Source of the DNA: Zootoca vivipara
Lineage: Eukaryota
Assembly (NCBI RefSeq): GCF_963506605.1
Contig: NC_083288.1
Coordinates: 30,256,001-30,320,000 of the forward strand
Length of the DNA: 64,000 nucleotides
Reading direction: 5' to 3'
In this document: positions 62,692-64,000 of the stretch, in pieces
Layout: every line of letters starts with the position of its first letter
Numbering within the stretch: the stretch's first letter is position 1
Notes under the pieces: generated by a model
The model's database searches: none
What the model was told of the DNA's origin: nothing
Seen by the model: the letters and a program-made list of their open reading frames with translations, nothing else
Made by a program: the position numbers and the translations under genes

Positions 62692-63489
62692 GTACAGCGC
62701 CTGGTTCCCTCCCTCCCTGAGGGGAACTAAATAATAATACTAATTTTTATTCTTTCTACCCCGCCCACCTGACTGCGTTCCTAAGTTGGTACCCTAACTT
62801 TTCCTGCCTCCCCTAACTGCTCCTCTCCCAACTTCTTCCTTTCCTGCCTTGATTCGTCCCTGAGTGGGTCACTGTGGGGTTCTCCTCGCTGCCCCATGTC
62901 TTGGAGAGGGGGTGTGACACCCCCCCAAAAAAAAATACCTGGGGTTTTCTCTCTCTTCCCCGCAAGGGACTGCGTGCATCATGTGCTTTCCACGCCAGCC
63001 CCGCAGAGACTTCGGCCGGCCGGGCGGAACTGTTGAAATCTGTTTTTACAAACGTTTCACCACATATGTTCTAGCACCCGTTAATTTAACGGGCTTCATG
63101 ATACTAGTTTTAAATAAAATGACACATTCTACTCATGTAAAAACATGCTGATTCCCAGACCATCCGCGGGCCGGATTTAGAAGGCGTTTGGGCCGCATCC
63201 AGCCTTAGTTTGGGGACCCCTGAGCTAGACAAAGAATGATCCAAGAAGTCTTTGGAGGCAGAACAGGCGGAAGATAACAAGCAGTATGTTACAATGGCTG
63301 TGAAGGCGGATGAAGGCTGCAGCAGATAAGAAGAATCTGCCAGTCGTCATGATACTCATGCCATTGGAATAGAGCCTTACTGCGAAAACAGTGCATTTAT
63401 CAGCGTGCACTGATCTCCACACAAAAAACAAATTCACACACAGAAGAGTCTTCCGAAAACCCATCCCAAGCCCACCCCCCTTCCCCGGA

Positions 63490-64000
63490 TGTGAGGGACA
63501 GGGGATATCGCGAAGTCCCTCCCCTCCTGAGTTCAAGCCCAGCACTGACCACAGGGGAAAGCAGAGGGAGCTCTGATTCCAGTGGGGAAGCAGGAAGTCG
63601 GGTCCGAGGCTCAGGCAAGGTAGCGGAGCCAGGGTCCCAGGTGGGACAGGAAGGGGCAAGTAAGGGGGGGAGACCCATCCCTCCAACGCCAGAATTACGC
63701 AGAAAGAGGAGGGGCAAGAGGATGGGTCTTCCGAGGCTTTTGTGCTGGGGAAAGACGCGCCAAAAGTCATTCGGAGGTTCTGATACCGACTGAACACATC
63801 ACTCTGTGTAAATAGCAATGACTTTAGCACTGTAAATACGCAGCACCAATAAAAGAATAAAATGCAGAGCTGCGTAGCGTCGTTACTCTGAAGTAGCCTA
63901 CTCCGGCCACTGTGACAGCAACCTCCGAATCTTTTTTGGGCTACTTTGGAGTTGCCGGGATGAGCGTGCCAGAGGCGGAGAAATGGCGGCAGCTCGCTGA
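63490..64000 (+). mobile_element. 5' LTR (63490-63917) and start of the internal region of a Gypsy-like retrotransposon
   Basis: TG...CA ends, TGTAAATA and AATAAA signals, CpG retained; an ATG at 63960 opens a frame (MSVPEAEKWRQLA) that runs off the window. Confidence 0.65.

Larger units (their letters stand above)
62192..63107 (+). mobile_element. 5'-truncated Helitron with CpG-island cargo
   Basis: 3' hairpin CCCGTTAA-T-TTAACGGG (63077-63093), CTAG (63104-63107), then the T of the host A|T site; no TSD; 5' TC end not seen. Confidence 0.75.
61904..63222. mobile_element. hAT MITE expanded to 1319 bp by nested inserts
   Basis: TIR CAGGGGTCAGCAAACT / AGTTTGGGGACCCCTG; perfect TSD AGCTAGAC (61896-61903, 63223-63230); both arms match the reverse complement of 47965-48215. 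Confidence 0.92.
61783..63380 (+). mobile_element. RTE-like 5' fragment interrupted by the hAT element
   Basis: ccttgtcgtg..gggcttgc..gcaatgcc..cacccaa..ggtc on the left continues as agctagacaaagaatgatcc after the insertion. Confidence 0.55.

Noticed and set aside
62193-62730. Resident gene start or long ORFs (165 and 162 aa) at the CpG island
   Set aside because: The block is enclosed by a TSD-flanked hAT and a Helitron end; long ORFs are expected in GC-rich DNA.

Overview
Vertebrate (squamate reptile, probably lacertid lizard, judged from Sauria SINEs, BovB and lizard-type MITEs) chemosensory locus from a gapped assembly (N runs at 3684-3813, 30457-30594, 50056-50183). It holds seven intact single-exon olfactory receptor (OR) ORFs (four +, three -), one truncated OR relic, a six-exon vomeronasal type-2 receptor (V2R) gene on the minus strand, and a ~650-670 aa Pro/Ser-rich coding exon that ends in a CaaX box (CIIL). 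Intergenic DNA is dense in TEs (L2, L1-like, RTE/BovB, Sauria SINE, Ngaro/DIRS, Gypsy-like LTRs, hAT and Tc1/pogo-type MITEs, Helitrons). The most unusual observations are: (i) the CpG island and signal-peptide exon at 62.2-62.7 kb lie inside a TSD-flanked hAT element and end in a Helitron 3' terminus, so they look like transposon cargo; (ii) a Tc1/pogo-type MITE at 23.2-24.0 kb also carries what looks like a captured CpG-rich first exon; (iii) a MITE is nested in its own family, with its internal repeat motif switched at almost every copy; (iv) an intact OR appears to have inherited the upstream region of a deleted paralog. All calls were made by eye, with no database searches.
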